Positions 25,383-35,310 are shown, counted from the first letter of the stretch. The stretch is 64,000 nt of DNA from Candidatus Polarisedimenticolia bacterium (GCA_050747525.1 JBOGOC010000097.1:74209-138208); one strand, 5' to 3'. The notes: a model not told the origin generated them from the letters alone. Translations and numbers: made by a program.

Positions 25383-26900
25383 ATGGATAGTCCGGGTCCT
25401 GGAGCTGCCAAGGCGACCAGCCGTGAGTGGGTTGGACTCGCGGTGCTTGCCCTCCCCTGCATTCTTTACTCCATGGACCTTACGGTGCTGAATCTCGCGG
25501 TGCCGAAGCTGAGCGCGGCCCTGCGCCCCACCAACACCGAGTTGCTGTGGATCGTAGACATCTACGGGTTCGTCCTGGCCGGCGCCCTGATACCCATGGG
25601 GGTGCTCGGTGATCGAATTGGGCGCCGTCGTCTGCTGATGGTCGGCGCCGCCGCATTCGGTTGCGCGTCCGTCCTGGCCGCGTACGCCCCGAGTGTCGCG
25701 GCTCTCGTAGGGGCTCGGGCCCTCCTTGGCATGGCCGCGGCCACGCTCGCTCCTTCGACCTTGTCTCTGCTTCGCAACATGTTCCTTGACCCGAAGGAAC
25801 GGACGTTCGCGATCGGAGTCTGGATCAGCAGCTTCTCGGCGGGGGGCGCCATCGGACCCCTGATCGGCGGGGCGCTGCTCCAGTTCTACTGGTGGGGCTC
25901 CGTGTTCCTGATCAACATTCCCGTCATGCTGCTGCTTCTCTCCGTGGGTCCAAGGCTGCTTCCCGAATTCCGTGATCCTCGGGCAAGCAAGCCGGACGTC
26001 CTGAGCGCAGCTCTGTGCATCGCCACGGTTCTTACGGTCATCTACGGGGTCAAACGCATCGCCGGGCATGGGGCGGATTGGATCGCCGTGGCGACGATCG
26101 TGCTGGGTCTGGCCATCGGCGCCGCCTTCGTGCGCCGGCAGCGACACCTCGCCGACCCCTTCATCGACCTCGGCCTGTTCCGGCGAGCGACGTTCAGCGT
26201 GGCACTTGGGATCAACATTCTGGGCTTCTTCATCGCGTTCGGCACCTTCCTTCTGATCGCACTCTACCTGCAGCTGGTGATCGGACTCTCGCCACTCGCA
26301 GCGGGTCTGTGGACGGCTCCCTCCGGCATGGCCTTCATCGTGGGTGCGATGCTCACGTCACGGATCGTGCGCCACCTGAAACCCGCTCATGTGATCGCGG
26401 CGGGATTCGTGATCGCCGCGCTTGGCCTGTCCCTGCTGACACAAACGGGTACGGCGCACGATCTTTCCGTGGTCGTCGCGGCGTACGCCGCGTTCTCACT
26501 GGGCCTGGCTCCGGTGTTCACGCTCGCATCCGATCTCATCTTGAGCACCGCTCCGCCTGAGCGTGCTGGAGCCGCGGCCGGGATTTCCGAGATGAGCACC
26601 GAGCTGGGAGGAGCCCTCGGCATTGCGCTGCTTGGCAGCGTGGCGACCTTCATCTATCGCCGAACGGTAGCAGGCGCGCTGGACGGCGAGCTGCCACGGA
26701 GTGTGCTTGATGCTGCGGGCGACTCGTTGGGAGGCGCTCTGGAAGCGGCGGGGGCGTTGCCGGGCGAGCTCGGCGCTGCTTTGGTCGCCGTCTCGCGGAG
26801 CGCCTTCGTTGACGCCTTCCAGGCGACCGCCCTGATTTCCGCTGCGATTGCTTTCGTGGCAGCGGCCGGAGCGGTGCGGGAATTTCGCGGAGCGTCCTGA
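25383..26900 (+). CDS. MFS transporter, DHA2 (14-TM drug:H+ antiporter, EmrB/QacA-like)
   Basis: 505 aa with 14 hydrophobic segments. Motif A GDRIGRRRLLMVG. Typical DHA2 N-terminal LAVLALPCILYSMDLTVLNLAVPKL. Confidence 0.75.
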   Translation: MDSPGPGAAKATSREWVGLAVLALPCILYSMDLTVLNLAVPKLSAALRPTNTELLWIVDIYGFVLAGALIPMGVLGDRIGRRRLLMVGAAAFGCASVLAAYAPSVAALVGARALLGMAAATLAPSTLSLLRNMFLDPKERTFAIGVWISSFSAGGAIGPLIGGALLQFYWWGSVFLINIPVMLLLLSVGPRLLPEFRDPRASKPDVLSAALCIATVLTVIYGVKRIAGHGADWIAVATIVLGLAIGAAFVRRQRHLADPFIDLGLFRRATFSVALGINILGFFIAFGTFLLIALYLQLVIGLSPLAAGLWTAPSGMAFIVGAMLTSRIVRHLKPAHVIAAGFVIAALGLSLLTQTGTAHDLSVVVAAYAAFSLGLAPVFTLASDLILSTAPPERAGAAAGISEMSTELGGALGIALLGSVATFIYRRTVAGALDGELPRSVLDAAGDSLGGALEAAGALPGELGAALVAVSRSAFVDAFQATALISAAIAFVAAAGAVREFRGAS

Positions 26901-26958
26901 AGGACTGGATTGACCTGGCGTTGATGCACAACGAGACCATTGCCCCGAGGAAGCAGAG

Positions 26959-27288
26959 ATGATTGCCCGTATCTGGCATGGCTGGACGACCCCTGGCAAC
27001 GCGGACAAGTATGAGTCGCTGCTCAACGAGGAGATCTTCGTCGGTATTCAGAATCGACACATTCCAGGGTTCAAGGGTATTCAACTGCTGCGGCGGGAGC
27101 TCGGCGAGGAAGTCGAGTTCGTCACGATCATGCTCTTCGATTCGCTGGATGCGGTCCGTGAGTTTGCCGGAGAGGATTACGCGGCAGCCGTTATTCCCAG
27201 GGAGGCGAGAGCGGTCCTGGCTCGCTTCGATGCGAGATCGCAGCATTATGAAATCAGGACGGAGAGAAGCAACGAGGCCACGAGGTGA
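26959..27288 (+). CDS. ABM (antibiotic-biosynthesis monooxygenase / Dabb) domain protein
   Basis: 109-aa alpha+beta barrel pattern (IARIWHGWT...FKGIQLLRRELGEEVEFVTIMLFDSLDAVREFAGEDY). Confidence 0.55.
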   Translation: MIARIWHGWTTPGNADKYESLLNEEIFVGIQNRHIPGFKGIQLLRRELGEEVEFVTIMLFDSLDAVREFAGEDYAAAVIPREARAVLARFDARSQHYEIRTERSNEATR

Positions 27289-27438
27289 CGGCAATGGTCC
27301 GATGGATCTGCCAGGATTCCTGCAGAAGACGTTCGATGCCGCGATACTCGAGAGCAACGAGGGCGGTCCCACGCTCCTGCAGATCGGAGACTCGCTCCTC
27401 TGGGTGGAGGCGGGCGAGCTGCCTTCTCATGTCACACC

Positions 27439-27660
27439 ATGGGTGGAAAGGCGACAATGGGACAAACGAGGCAGGAGAGGAACAAAGCACTGGTGCTTGA
27501 AGCCTTCGACGCGCTATTCAACAGGCGTGACTACACAGCGGCAGAGCGGTTCTGGTCGCCCGGCTACATCCAGCACAGTGCCCACATCGCACCTGGCCGC
27601 GAGGGGCTCTTCGACCTCGTCCGCAGCCTGCCGCCGACTAGCATCCGGGCGAGAAACGAT
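27439..27660 (+). pseudogene. SnoaL-like (NTF2-fold) cyclase/ester hydrolase, 3'-truncated
   Basis: RNKALVLEAFDALFNRRDYTAAERFWSPGYIQHSAHIAPGREGLFDLVRSLPPT matches SnoaL_2 N-terminal two-thirds. The frame then decays into Ala/Pro/Arg junk and overlaps the convergent DUF1801 gene. Confidence 0.4.
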
Positions 27661-27667
27661 CGGATCA

Positions 27668-28027
27668 TTACCCGCTGCGCCTGCGCGCCGCCTGCTTCAG
27701 GAGCGCCCCGTAGGCCCGTTCGTCGATGTCCGACGTCGCCCTCACTTTGATGTGCCGCACGAACCTTCCCTGTCCCTCGAGGAGCTTCTTCGGGTCCTTG
27801 AGCATGGAGCCCCGGAAGAAGCCGAGCTGCACGTACGTAGGTGCCGAGTAGACGTAGGCGACGGGTTCCTTGCCCTTCACCCAGCACCCGTTGCCCCACT
27901 TCACCGACTCATCCAGCGCGGGCGCCAGGCGCTTCACGAACCTGCGCAGAGCACGGATGATGGTCCGGTTCTTCGGCCGCTGGCCGGCGAGGTACGCGTC
28001 GAAGCTGTCGTAGCGCTTCATCTTCAT
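27668..28027 (-). CDS. DUF1801 (YdhG-like) domain protein
   Basis: Start taken at MKMKRYDSFDAYLAGQRPKNRTIIRALRRFVKRLAPALDESVKWGNGCWVKGKEPVAYVYSAPTYVQLGFFRG. The track's longer ORF (to 28084) reads through tRNA-like fragment F and is rejected. Confidence 0.55.
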   Translation of the reverse strand: MKMKRYDSFDAYLAGQRPKNRTIIRALRRFVKRLAPALDESVKWGNGCWVKGKEPVAYVYSAPTYVQLGFFRGSMLKDPKKLLEGQGRFVRHIKVRATSDIDERAYGALLKQAARRRSG

Positions 28028-28047
28028 GACGAGGCTCCGCTGCAGGA

Positions 28048-28102
28048 TGGTGCCGGGGCCGGGCGCGAACCCGGAGGGGCCCATGGCCCATAGGATTCTA
28101 AG
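28048..28102 (-). repeat. direct repeat F: degenerate tRNA-Leu 3'-half-like fragment
   Basis: Reverse-complement reads cttagaa|tcct|atgggccatgggcccc (palindromic variable-arm hairpin)|ccggg ttcgcgc cccgg|ccccggc a cca. It is followed at 28103-28110 by acgaaacg, shared with repeats A and C. Confidence 0.45.
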
Positions 28103-28147
28103 ACGAAACGTGAACTCCCGGACGCACAGATCGACGGGCTCCGCAGC

Positions 28148-28753
28148 TCAGGCCAGCAGACCGTCCACGGCCGCGTCGACGACCAAGCCGATCAGCCTGT
28201 CGCGGTCGGCCCAGGGGAAGGCAGGGCGAAGGATGAGGAGTGAGGTGATGCCGTGGACGGCCGCCCAGAGCGCCTGGCTTGCGGCATGGCCCTCCACGCG
28301 GCGGAACCGCTTGTCCTCCAGGCACCGCCGTACGAGGGATCGCAGACGCTCGGAGGCGACGTGGGGCTTGTCGGCGCTCTGCCTCGGGCGGCGCAGGAGG
28401 AACGCGAACTCGTAGACGCTCGGGTTGGCCACGCCGAACTCCACATAGGCGCGCCCAATCTTCCGCACCAGCTCGACCGGATCGCGGCCCCTGTCCGATT
28501 CGATCAGACTCCGCATGCTGTCGGCGAGCCGATCGAAGCTCTCCTCCACCAGACAGTCGAAGAGCGCCTCCTTGTCCTTGAAGTGCCGGTAGAGGTTGCT
28601 GTGCGAGCAGCCGATCCTCTCGGCGAGCTTGCGCATCGAGACCCCTTCGTAGCCGTCCCGGACGAAGGCCTCCCGGGCGGCATCGAGGATCTCCCGCCGG
28701 AGCACCTCCCGGTAGCGCTCGCGGGGGGTGGAAAGTTTCGCTTGACCACTCAT
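28148..28753 (-). CDS. TetR/AcrR-family transcriptional regulator
   Basis: N-terminal HTH (REAFVRDGYEGVSMRKLAERIGCSHSNLYRHFKDKEALF) and a C-terminal ligand-binding helical domain. Confidence 0.8.
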   Translation of the reverse strand: MSGQAKLSTPRERYREVLRREILDAAREAFVRDGYEGVSMRKLAERIGCSHSNLYRHFKDKEALFDCLVEESFDRLADSMRSLIESDRGRDPVELVRKIGRAYVEFGVANPSVYEFAFLLRRPRQSADKPHVASERLRSLVRRCLEDKRFRRVEGHAASQALWAAVHGITSLLILRPAFPWADRDRLIGLVVDAAVDGLLA

Positions 28754-28763
28754 GACCGACGGT

Positions 28764-28785
28764 TATAATACTGACCACCGGTCAG
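28764..28785. promoter_or_regulatory. TATAAT -10 hexamer abutting a 6-3-6 inverted repeat (ctgacc-acc-ggtcag): candidate TetR operator in the divergent promoter
   Basis: ggttataatactgaccaccggtcagaagcg lies in the 59-bp gap between the tetR start (28753, minus) and the Ntn-hydrolase-LRR start (28813, plus). Confidence 0.35.
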
Positions 28786-28812
28786 AAGCGCAAGCCCCAT
28801 GGGAGGTGTTCG

Positions 28813-30915
28813 ATGCTCCACCACCGTGCTCGCGTGATCCCGTCATCCGGCCTCGTCCTCTTACTCTTCGCCACCGGTTGTCTCTCCGCCGCCGGCGATG
28901 ACACAGTCGTCCAGCAGGACCGTGTCATTGCCGGCGGCCCCAACGACTCCCTGGAGGTCCGCCACATCGTCCTGCGAGGGACCAACGAGCAGATCGGACG
29001 CGCGCTGGCCGAGATCGCCAAGGAGCGCTACGGCGTCCGGCCCAATCCCGCCATGGATCCCCTGCAGATGCGCGCTCAGCGCCGTTACCTCGAGCGCAAT
29101 TACCCCATCCTCCTCGACCGCATGCGCGGCGTCGCGGCGGCGTACGGCAGATCGATCGAGGAGGACGGCTGGGACTTCACGACGCTCATGTTCACCGACC
29201 TGCGAGCCGGCTGCTCCGTCGCGCACCTGCCGCCGTCGTCGACTGCGAACGGCAAGAGCGTGGTGAGCCGCGACTACGACTTCACGACCGGCGCCCTCAA
29301 CTTCGGGTTCCTCGAGGAGGGGATGCTGCATCCGACCGCCCGCCCCTACCTGCTCGAGCTTCACCCCGATCGTGGGTACGCCTCCATCGCGATGGTCGCC
29401 TATGACCTCCTGAGCGGCGTGCTCGACGGCATCAACTCCGAAGGTCTTACCGTCACTCTGGCCTTGGACGACACGCTCGTTTCCAGCAACGCCACGGAGC
29501 CGACACGGGGCCCGGCCGTGGGCCTCCACGAGGTGCAGACGCTCCGCCTGCTCCTCGACACGTGCGCCACGGTGGAGGAGGCGAAGCAGACGCTGATGGC
29601 GACCAAGCAGTACTACCAGTACGTCCCCGTCCACTACCTGATCGCGGACCGCAGCGGCAAGGCCTTTGTCTGGGAATACTCCGAGTTTCACAACAAGGAG
29701 TACGTCATGGAGAGCCCGGGGCAGCCTCTGGTCATGACGAACTTCACGCTCCACAAGCAGCTCGAGGACGGCAAGCCCCCTTCGGCGGAAAAGGCGAGAG
29801 GCGTCTGCAAGCGCTACGCGTACCTGAGCGAGAAGCTCGCGGCCGGGAACCTCGACGACAAGGTCATCCGCGGTTTCCACCAGAACGTGGATGCGCAGAT
29901 GTCGCAGGCGGCCGACCCATCCAGCCCTCCGGAGCGCACCTTCTGGCACGCCTTCTACTATCCGGAGGAGCGCCGGGTGCGCCTGAGCTACTACCTCAAG
30001 GACGAGCCGTTCCCCGGAAACGAGCGCTTCGTACGCCCGGTCCGAACCGACTACCTGGATTTCCGGCTTGAGCCGACGGAGAGTGTGCCGGCGAAGGCGG
30101 AGACACGCTCGGGATCGGCAGCGCCCCCCGCCGCATCGCCGGCCCGCCCGGCACCCTTGGACGCGCAGGCGGCCGTCGAGGGGGCCGGCGTCGCGTCAGC
30201 CATCGAGGCCGCAGGTGGCGGCGTCGAGCTTAAGGGAAAGCGGGTCGTCGGCGTGAGCCTCGACAAGGCGACCAGGCTCGAGACCGTCATCCCGCTGCTC
30301 GGCCAGCTCTCCGACCTCGAATCGTTGAGCCTCGGAAACCCCTCCTTGACCGATGCCGATGTTCGCGCTCTCGAGGGGCTGCCCAAGCTCCGTACTCTCG
30401 GCTTCATGGGAGCGCCCATCGGTGACGCGGCGCTCGAGGTCATGAAGACCTTGCCTTCTCTGCGCCAACTGAACATCATCGGCACGAAGGTGACGGACGC
30501 CGGTCTCGTGCACCTGCAGGGCCTCACCGCGCTCGAATACCTCGGCCTCAAGGGCACCGCCATCACCGACGCCGGCCTCGCGCATCTCAAGAACCTCACC
30601 GGCCTCAACACCCTCAACCTCGCCGACACCAGAATCACCGGCGTCGGCCTCGTGCACCTCGCCGGCATGAGGCGCCTGGAGGGCGTGAACCTGTCGAACA
30701 ACAATGTGACCGACGCCGGTCTCGGACACCTGGGTCGAATGCCCGGCCTCGGCGGCCTCAACCTTGCAGGGACGAAGGTGACGGATGCCGGCCTCGTCCA
30801 CCTGAAGCAGCTCCCGAAGCTGACCAAGCTCAACGTGACGGGGACCGCGGTCACGGAGCAAGGCGTGAAGGACGCGAAGAAGTTCCTGCCCTTCTGGTGC
30901 ACGGTGACGCGGTAG
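28813..30915 (+). CDS. lipoprotein: Ntn-hydrolase (peptidase C45 / choloylglycine-hydrolase-like acyltransferase) fused to a C-terminal leucine-rich-repeat domain
   Basis: Lipobox LLLFATGCLS. Putative autoproteolytic G|C site (DLRAGCSVAHLP) and INSEGLTVTL as in the C45/C59 Ntn family. Ala/Pro-rich linker. Then about 12 LRRs of the LxxLxLxGTKVTDAGLVHLKGLTxL type. Confidence 0.6.
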   Translation: MLHHRARVIPSSGLVLLLFATGCLSAAGDDTVVQQDRVIAGGPNDSLEVRHIVLRGTNEQIGRALAEIAKERYGVRPNPAMDPLQMRAQRRYLERNYPILLDRMRGVAAAYGRSIEEDGWDFTTLMFTDLRAGCSVAHLPPSSTANGKSVVSRDYDFTTGALNFGFLEEGMLHPTARPYLLELHPDRGYASIAMVAYDLLSGVLDGINSEGLTVTLALDDTLVSSNATEPTRGPAVGLHEVQTLRLLLDTCATVEEAKQTLMATKQYYQYVPVHYLIADRSGKAFVWEYSEFHNKEYVMESPGQPLVMTNFTLHKQLEDGKPPSAEKARGVCKRYAYLSEKLAAGNLDDKVIRGFHQNVDAQMSQAADPSSPPERTFWHAFYYPEERRVRLSYYLKDEPFPGNERFVRPVRTDYLDFRLEPTESVPAKAETRSGSAAPPAASPARPAPLDAQAAVEGAGVASAIEAAGGGVELKGKRVVGVSLDKATRLETVIPLLGQLSDLESLSLGNPSLTDADVRALEGLPKLRTLGFMGAPIGDAALEVMKTLPSLRQLNIIGTKVTDAGLVHLQGLTALEYLGLKGTAITDAGLAHLKNLTGLNTLNLADTRITGVGLVHLAGMRRLEGVNLSNNNVTDAGLGHLGRMPGLGGLNLAGTKVTDAGLVHLKQLPKLTKLNVTGTAVTEQGVKDAKKFLPFWCTVTR

Positions 30916-31141
30916 GCCAGCAAGGTCGAGGCCGACATCAGCTTCTGAGCTCCGTAGTCCAGTTGAGGACTACGGCGCGGGAGGCGGCCGTTCCATGCAC
31001 TCAGCTTGGGGGGCGCGTGTCAACTCCGAAGCCTGAGGCGTGGACTCCAATTCGTAGGCAGGCCGCCGCCTGGGGCATCCGCATTTACCCGTTGTCTCCT
31101 CGCCCGCCGCGCGGTACGATACGGGACAGCTTGGAGTAGGC

Positions 31142-32581
31142 ATGGGGCGTTTCCACCGCGTGCTGCTCGTCTCGGTGGTGTTCACCGTGGCGGCCCGGCT
31201 CGCCTCGGCCGCATGTCCCCCCTTCGATCCCCCCTCGACCGTTGCCGTCGGCGATCATCCCAGTGATCTGGCCGCCGGGGACGTCAACGGCGACGGCTTC
31301 CCCGACCTGGTGGTCGCGAACGCGGATTCGGACAACGTGACCGTCCTTCTAGGCGACGGCGCGGGTTCGTTTACTGTGGGGCCTTGGACTCCCGTCCTCG
31401 ACGCCCCCCGAGCCGTCGTCCTCACGGACTTCAACGGTGACTCCCGGCTCGACCTCGCGGTCATCGGGGCCCGCGTGAACGATGTGAATTGTCAGACCTT
31501 CCTCGGCAATGGCAACGGCACGTTCACCTTGACCCAGAGTCTCGAGAGGAGCGTAGCCCTGGACATGGTGACCGGGGACTTCAACGGCGACGGCCACGTC
31601 GATATCGCAATCCTCGACTTCAATTCCGCGCCTCCCGACCCGCCGACCGGCGGATACGCGGTGATCTACCTGGGCAACGGCGACGGGACTGTCCGTTTCC
31701 GTGGACTGTATGCGACACCCTTGTTCGGCTTGATCGTCACGAGCGACTTCAACGGGGATGGACACCCGGACCTCGCGGTGCGGTCGTCAGGACGGGTAAC
31801 CGTTCTCCTCGGCGTGGGCGACGGGTCGTTCAGCACGATGACGGCTTATGTGGCTGCCGGGGACGGCGACGTCGCGGCTGGCGACCTCGACGGCGACGGG
31901 CGCATCGACCTCGTCGCGGCGGATCTGGCATCGGACGGCGTGTCGGTCCTTCTTGGAGTTGGGAACGGCGCGTTCGGCGCCGAGACCCGCTACCCGTCTG
32001 GGGACGGTCCTTCGGGGATCGCGGTGGTCGATCTCTTCGGCCGCGGCGTGCCGGACATCCTGACCGTGGATCGGAATGGCGATACCGTCTCGCTGCTGGG
32101 GAGCCACGGCGACGGTTCCGTGGGACCGCCCACGGAGTTTGCGGTCGGAGACTTCCCGGTGGCGATCTCGGTCGCGGACTTCGACCTGGACGGCCGCCTT
32201 GACGTCGCCGTCGCGAACTACAACGCCGACACCGTGTCGGTCCTGCTCGGCAAGAGAGCCGACCGGCCGTGGATCGGGTTCGAGACGCCGGAGACGATCG
32301 TGTGGCAAGCGGTCCCCGGCGCCGTCGCCTACAACGTGTATCGCGGAGCGCTCGCTGACCTCGTGGACCCGAACGCGGACGGGCTACCGGACGGGGGCTA
32401 CGGCGCCTGCTTCGACGATCACGATCCCGATCTGTCCGACACGTCGCTCGTCGATGCGGAGACGCCTTCCGCGGGCGCAGGCTTCTTCTACGTCGCGAGC
32501 GTCGTCGGATCGAGCGGCGATCAGGGGATCGGCCTGACGAGCGCGTGCCTCCCTCGGGCACCGTCTTCCGTTTGTCCCTAG
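31142..32581 (+). CDS. secreted FG-GAP / VCBS repeat (integrin-alpha-like beta-propeller) protein
   Basis: Signal peptide. Seven repeats of the D(F/L)NGDGxxDL(A/V)V type (DVNGDGFPDLVVAN, DFNGDSRLDLAVI, DFNGDGHVDIAIL, DFNGDGHPDLAVR, DLDGDGRIDLVAA, DLFGRGVPDILTV, DFDLDGRLDVAVAN). Confidence 0.75.
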   Translation: MGRFHRVLLVSVVFTVAARLASAACPPFDPPSTVAVGDHPSDLAAGDVNGDGFPDLVVANADSDNVTVLLGDGAGSFTVGPWTPVLDAPRAVVLTDFNGDSRLDLAVIGARVNDVNCQTFLGNGNGTFTLTQSLERSVALDMVTGDFNGDGHVDIAILDFNSAPPDPPTGGYAVIYLGNGDGTVRFRGLYATPLFGLIVTSDFNGDGHPDLAVRSSGRVTVLLGVGDGSFSTMTAYVAAGDGDVAAGDLDGDGRIDLVAADLASDGVSVLLGVGNGAFGAETRYPSGDGPSGIAVVDLFGRGVPDILTVDRNGDTVSLLGSHGDGSVGPPTEFAVGDFPVAISVADFDLDGRLDVAVANYNADTVSVLLGKRADRPWIGFETPETIVWQAVPGAVAYNVYRGALADLVDPNADGLPDGGYGACFDDHDPDLSDTSLVDAETPSAGAGFFYVASVVGSSGDQGIGLTSACLPRAPSSVCP

Positions 32582-32715
32582 ACGGTTGAACCGGCGCCAC
32601 CAAGCAGCCATCGAAATCATGGGCGCTGATCTGGTGTGGTGAATATCACCGAAATTGAGTGCGACGTTTTTGCCGGAGGGCGTTATAGGCCGCGAGCCAG
32701 CGGAAGAACGCCAAA

Positions 32716-32771
32716 TGGTGCCGGGGCTGGGACTCGAACCCAGATGAGCCAAAGGCCCAGGGGATTTTAAG
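32716..32771 (-). repeat. direct repeat B: tRNA-Leu 3'-half-like fragment (divergent variable and T arms)
   Basis: Reverse-complement reads cttaaaa|tcccc|tgggcctttggctcat (hairpin gggcc/ggctc)|ctggg ttcgagt cccag|ccccggc a cca. It has the same anticodon-loop boundary as the other repeats. Confidence 0.55.
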
Positions 32772-32865
32772 ATGTCAGCCTGCCCCGGACGCATAGATCT
32801 CCATCAGACCTGATCGTAGCCCATCCCTCTATCGGCGCGTACTTCTGAACGTCTCCAGTCTGCAT

Positions 32866-32945
32866 GAAGTTCGATTCGTTGTCGGTCAGCGCGATGGAAC
32901 CCGACAAGTTGGTTACAAGCTGCCGGAGCCCCTCCCGATCTTCCG
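32866..32945. repeat. B/D-type flanking arm block (about 75 nt conserved, includes gtcgg...ccgac hairpin)
   Basis: ttgtcggtcagcgcgatggaacccgacaagttggttacaagctg...gatcttccgg aligns with 37338-37412 (tggtcggtcagcccgatgggacccgacaagttgcgtacaagtgg...gatcttccgg). Both lie about 90 nt from the fragment boundary. Confidence 0.4.
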
Positions 32946-33204
32946 GGGGAGCCCCCGCCGGGGATTTCTTATCCTTAACCTCGCGTCAGAACAGAAAGAG
33001 AGACGCAGCCGTCGGACGGCTTTTTCATTAGTCGCCGGAACCGGCCCAAATATAGGGCGGTTGCCATTGGCCCAACCACCCGAGGGAGGCTCCGCTCCCA
33101 CCGGTTTTCTGCATGACACCCTGCCTCCGGGCCGTGTTAGAGGATCAGCGTGAGCGCACGCAGGCCCTGGAGCGCGAGATTGGCCAGATCTGGTGAAGTG
33201 CCAG

Positions 33205-34632
33205 TCAGGATTCGATGACCGCTTTGACGCGCTTCTCTCTGATCGCTTTCACGAACGCCTTGTGATCGCGCTCGGCCTGATCGGCATAGTCGCCCGCAAA
33301 GTCGCAGATCGCCTCGTCAAAGGTGCGGCCGGAACCCATGTAGCCCGAGATCATGGCGGCGTCGCCCGAGCGCGCATGGGCTTGGGCCAGCGCCCACGCG
33401 CACGCGTCCGCATATTGTCGCAATAGTTGGGCGTCCATGCTCTCAACGTCAGCCGAGATCTTCATGTCGCGGAGCTGGCGCACGTAGAAGTGGCGCCCGA
33501 GGTGTCCCTGCGTCCACCCCAGGAAGATGTCGCTCGCCGCTTGCATCAGACGCTGGCCGACGACGACGCGCTGGCCGTGGTTGCCGTGAAGACTCCTCCC
33601 GGCATGAGGCTCAAGCACGGACGCGTTCGCCTGCTTGATCTGCAGGAACAGCGGGTCGTCATCGGCGGCCATGTAGAGCGCGACCAGGCACGCGGTACCG
33701 ACGCTGCCCACGCCGACGACCTTCAGCGCCATGTCGCAAAGATGAAAGCGGTCGAAGAGCACGCGGATCTGCTCGGGCAGAGATTCGCGGTAGAACGCCC
33801 ACGCTGCCTTGATTTCCTTGCTGCCCTCGTATTTCTTGAGCAGGGGGTGGTGGAAGATGAGCGGCGGGTTGTCCTTGATGCGCGGAGTGGAGCCATCGTA
33901 CTCGGCCAGCTTTGGGAAATCGTGCTCGGCGGCAGTGCGCGCGCGCGCCTTCTCCAGTGTTGTCTCCATACGCGCGCGCTCCTTTTCGTCCGGCACCGAA
34001 TCGACCAGGCGCTGGATGTCGATTCTGTCGTACCAGATGTCCAGCGCCTTCATGAAGGAATACTCCGCAATGTGTTCCCGGTACGAGCGCACCGCGGCGC
34101 GGGCGGCGCGCGCCGACTCGGTCTGCTTGAGCTGGATGTGGCGCCCGGCCAGGACCACGCTGGCGGTCAAGCGCTTGAGGTCCCATTCCCATGGAGCAGG
34201 AAGCGTTTCGTCCAGGTCATTGACGTCGAAGATCACGCCGCGCTCGGGCGTGGCAAAGACGCCGAAGTTCGAGAGGTGGGCGTCACCGCAGGCCTGCACC
34301 CTGAGGCCGGAGCTTGGGGTGTGAGCCAGGTCGGCGGCCATGATCGCGGCGGACCCGCGATAAAAGGCGAAGGGCGACCGAGACATCCGACCGTGGCGAA
34401 TCGGCAGAAGCTCCTGCAGCCTGCCCTCGTTCGCCGCGAGGACAATCTCGACCGGATCACGCCGGTCCTTGGGCGGCTTCCATCCGCTATGCTCCTCGCG
34501 GGGCACAGAGTCGCGCAGCGCCCTGCCCTCAGCCCGGCGCTCGGCCCGAGGGCGAAGCGGCGCCACGCTGGGCGCCTTGGAGTCACGATTCGTCCCAACG
34601 GCTCGGAGCCGCTCCTTCGCCTGGGTCTTCAT
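33205..34632 (-). CDS. DUF2252 family protein
   Basis: 475 aa. Conserved DUF2252 N-terminal block ERRAEGRALRDSVPREEHSGWKPPKDRRDPVEIVLAANEGRLQELLPIRHGRMSRSPFAFYRGSAAIMAADLA, collinear to the end. Confidence 0.6.
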   Translation of the reverse strand: MKTQAKERLRAVGTNRDSKAPSVAPLRPRAERRAEGRALRDSVPREEHSGWKPPKDRRDPVEIVLAANEGRLQELLPIRHGRMSRSPFAFYRGSAAIMAADLAHTPSSGLRVQACGDAHLSNFGVFATPERGVIFDVNDLDETLPAPWEWDLKRLTASVVLAGRHIQLKQTESARAARAAVRSYREHIAEYSFMKALDIWYDRIDIQRLVDSVPDEKERARMETTLEKARARTAAEHDFPKLAEYDGSTPRIKDNPPLIFHHPLLKKYEGSKEIKAAWAFYRESLPEQIRVLFDRFHLCDMALKVVGVGSVGTACLVALYMAADDDPLFLQIKQANASVLEPHAGRSLHGNHGQRVVVGQRLMQAASDIFLGWTQGHLGRHFYVRQLRDMKISADVESMDAQLLRQYADACAWALAQAHARSGDAAMISGYMGSGRTFDEAICDFAGDYADQAERDHKAFVKAIREKRVKAVIES

Positions 34633-34892
34633 GCCTTGCCTCCCGGCTGCGTCGGCTCTGAGTGACGACGGAATCTTCCGGCTTGCTGGCCACTGCCGGT
34701 GGCGACGGTCTCAACTCCACGAGCACCCGACGCCCGGGGGGTAGTCGACACAATGGCCGGTCGTTTCACCCGTTTTCCCTCAACGGAGCTTAGTGGACGG
34801 CAACCCCAATTGCACGGCTGGGCGGGCGGTGTCAACCAAGGCCGGGCGACCACCGTCGCGCCCTGGACTTCCTCGCACTCAGCGAGGCCCTG

Positions 34893-35310
34893 ATGCGGGA
34901 CTTCAAGCACCAGAGGAGGATCCCCGTGAGGTTCGTGCTCGTCTCGGCCATCGCTGTTCTGGCTGCCGCGATGAATGCCTTTGCCCGTGTGGGCCCGCCG
35001 GGCCTGGAGCCGGCGGGAAAGCATTACCAGGCCGCACGAGGAGCCATCACGAAGGGCGACAAGGACGAGGCAATCCTCGAGCTGAGGCCCGCGCTGCAGG
35101 ACAATTCTCTCGATGCCTCGTCGCACCACCTGCTGGGCTGCCTGCTGGCGCAGCAGGGTGAGGAAGAGCAGTCCATCGGTGGCGTTTCACCACGCGCAGG
35201 CCATCGATCCCACCCCATCCGGAGGTGCTCCCTTCCGCGCCCGCCGGCAGGTGACACCGCCGCTCTCCAAGGGCATCGGGGCCCGCACGGTCCTCCTTTC
35301 GCAAGTCTGA
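34893..35310 (+). pseudogene. TPR-like repeat gene disrupted by a frameshift near 35175
   Basis: Frame A: ...KHYQAARGAITKGDKDEAILELRPALQDNSLDASSHHLLGCLLAQQGEEEQSI. The TPR consensus then continues in frame B (AFHHAQAIDPT...) of track ORF 35113..35310. It lies directly next to repeat C. Confidence 0.4.

Noticed and set aside
33427-34665. 412-aa plus-strand ORF opposite DUF2252
   Set aside because: Antisense shadow. The minus strand matches the DUF2252 family end to end.
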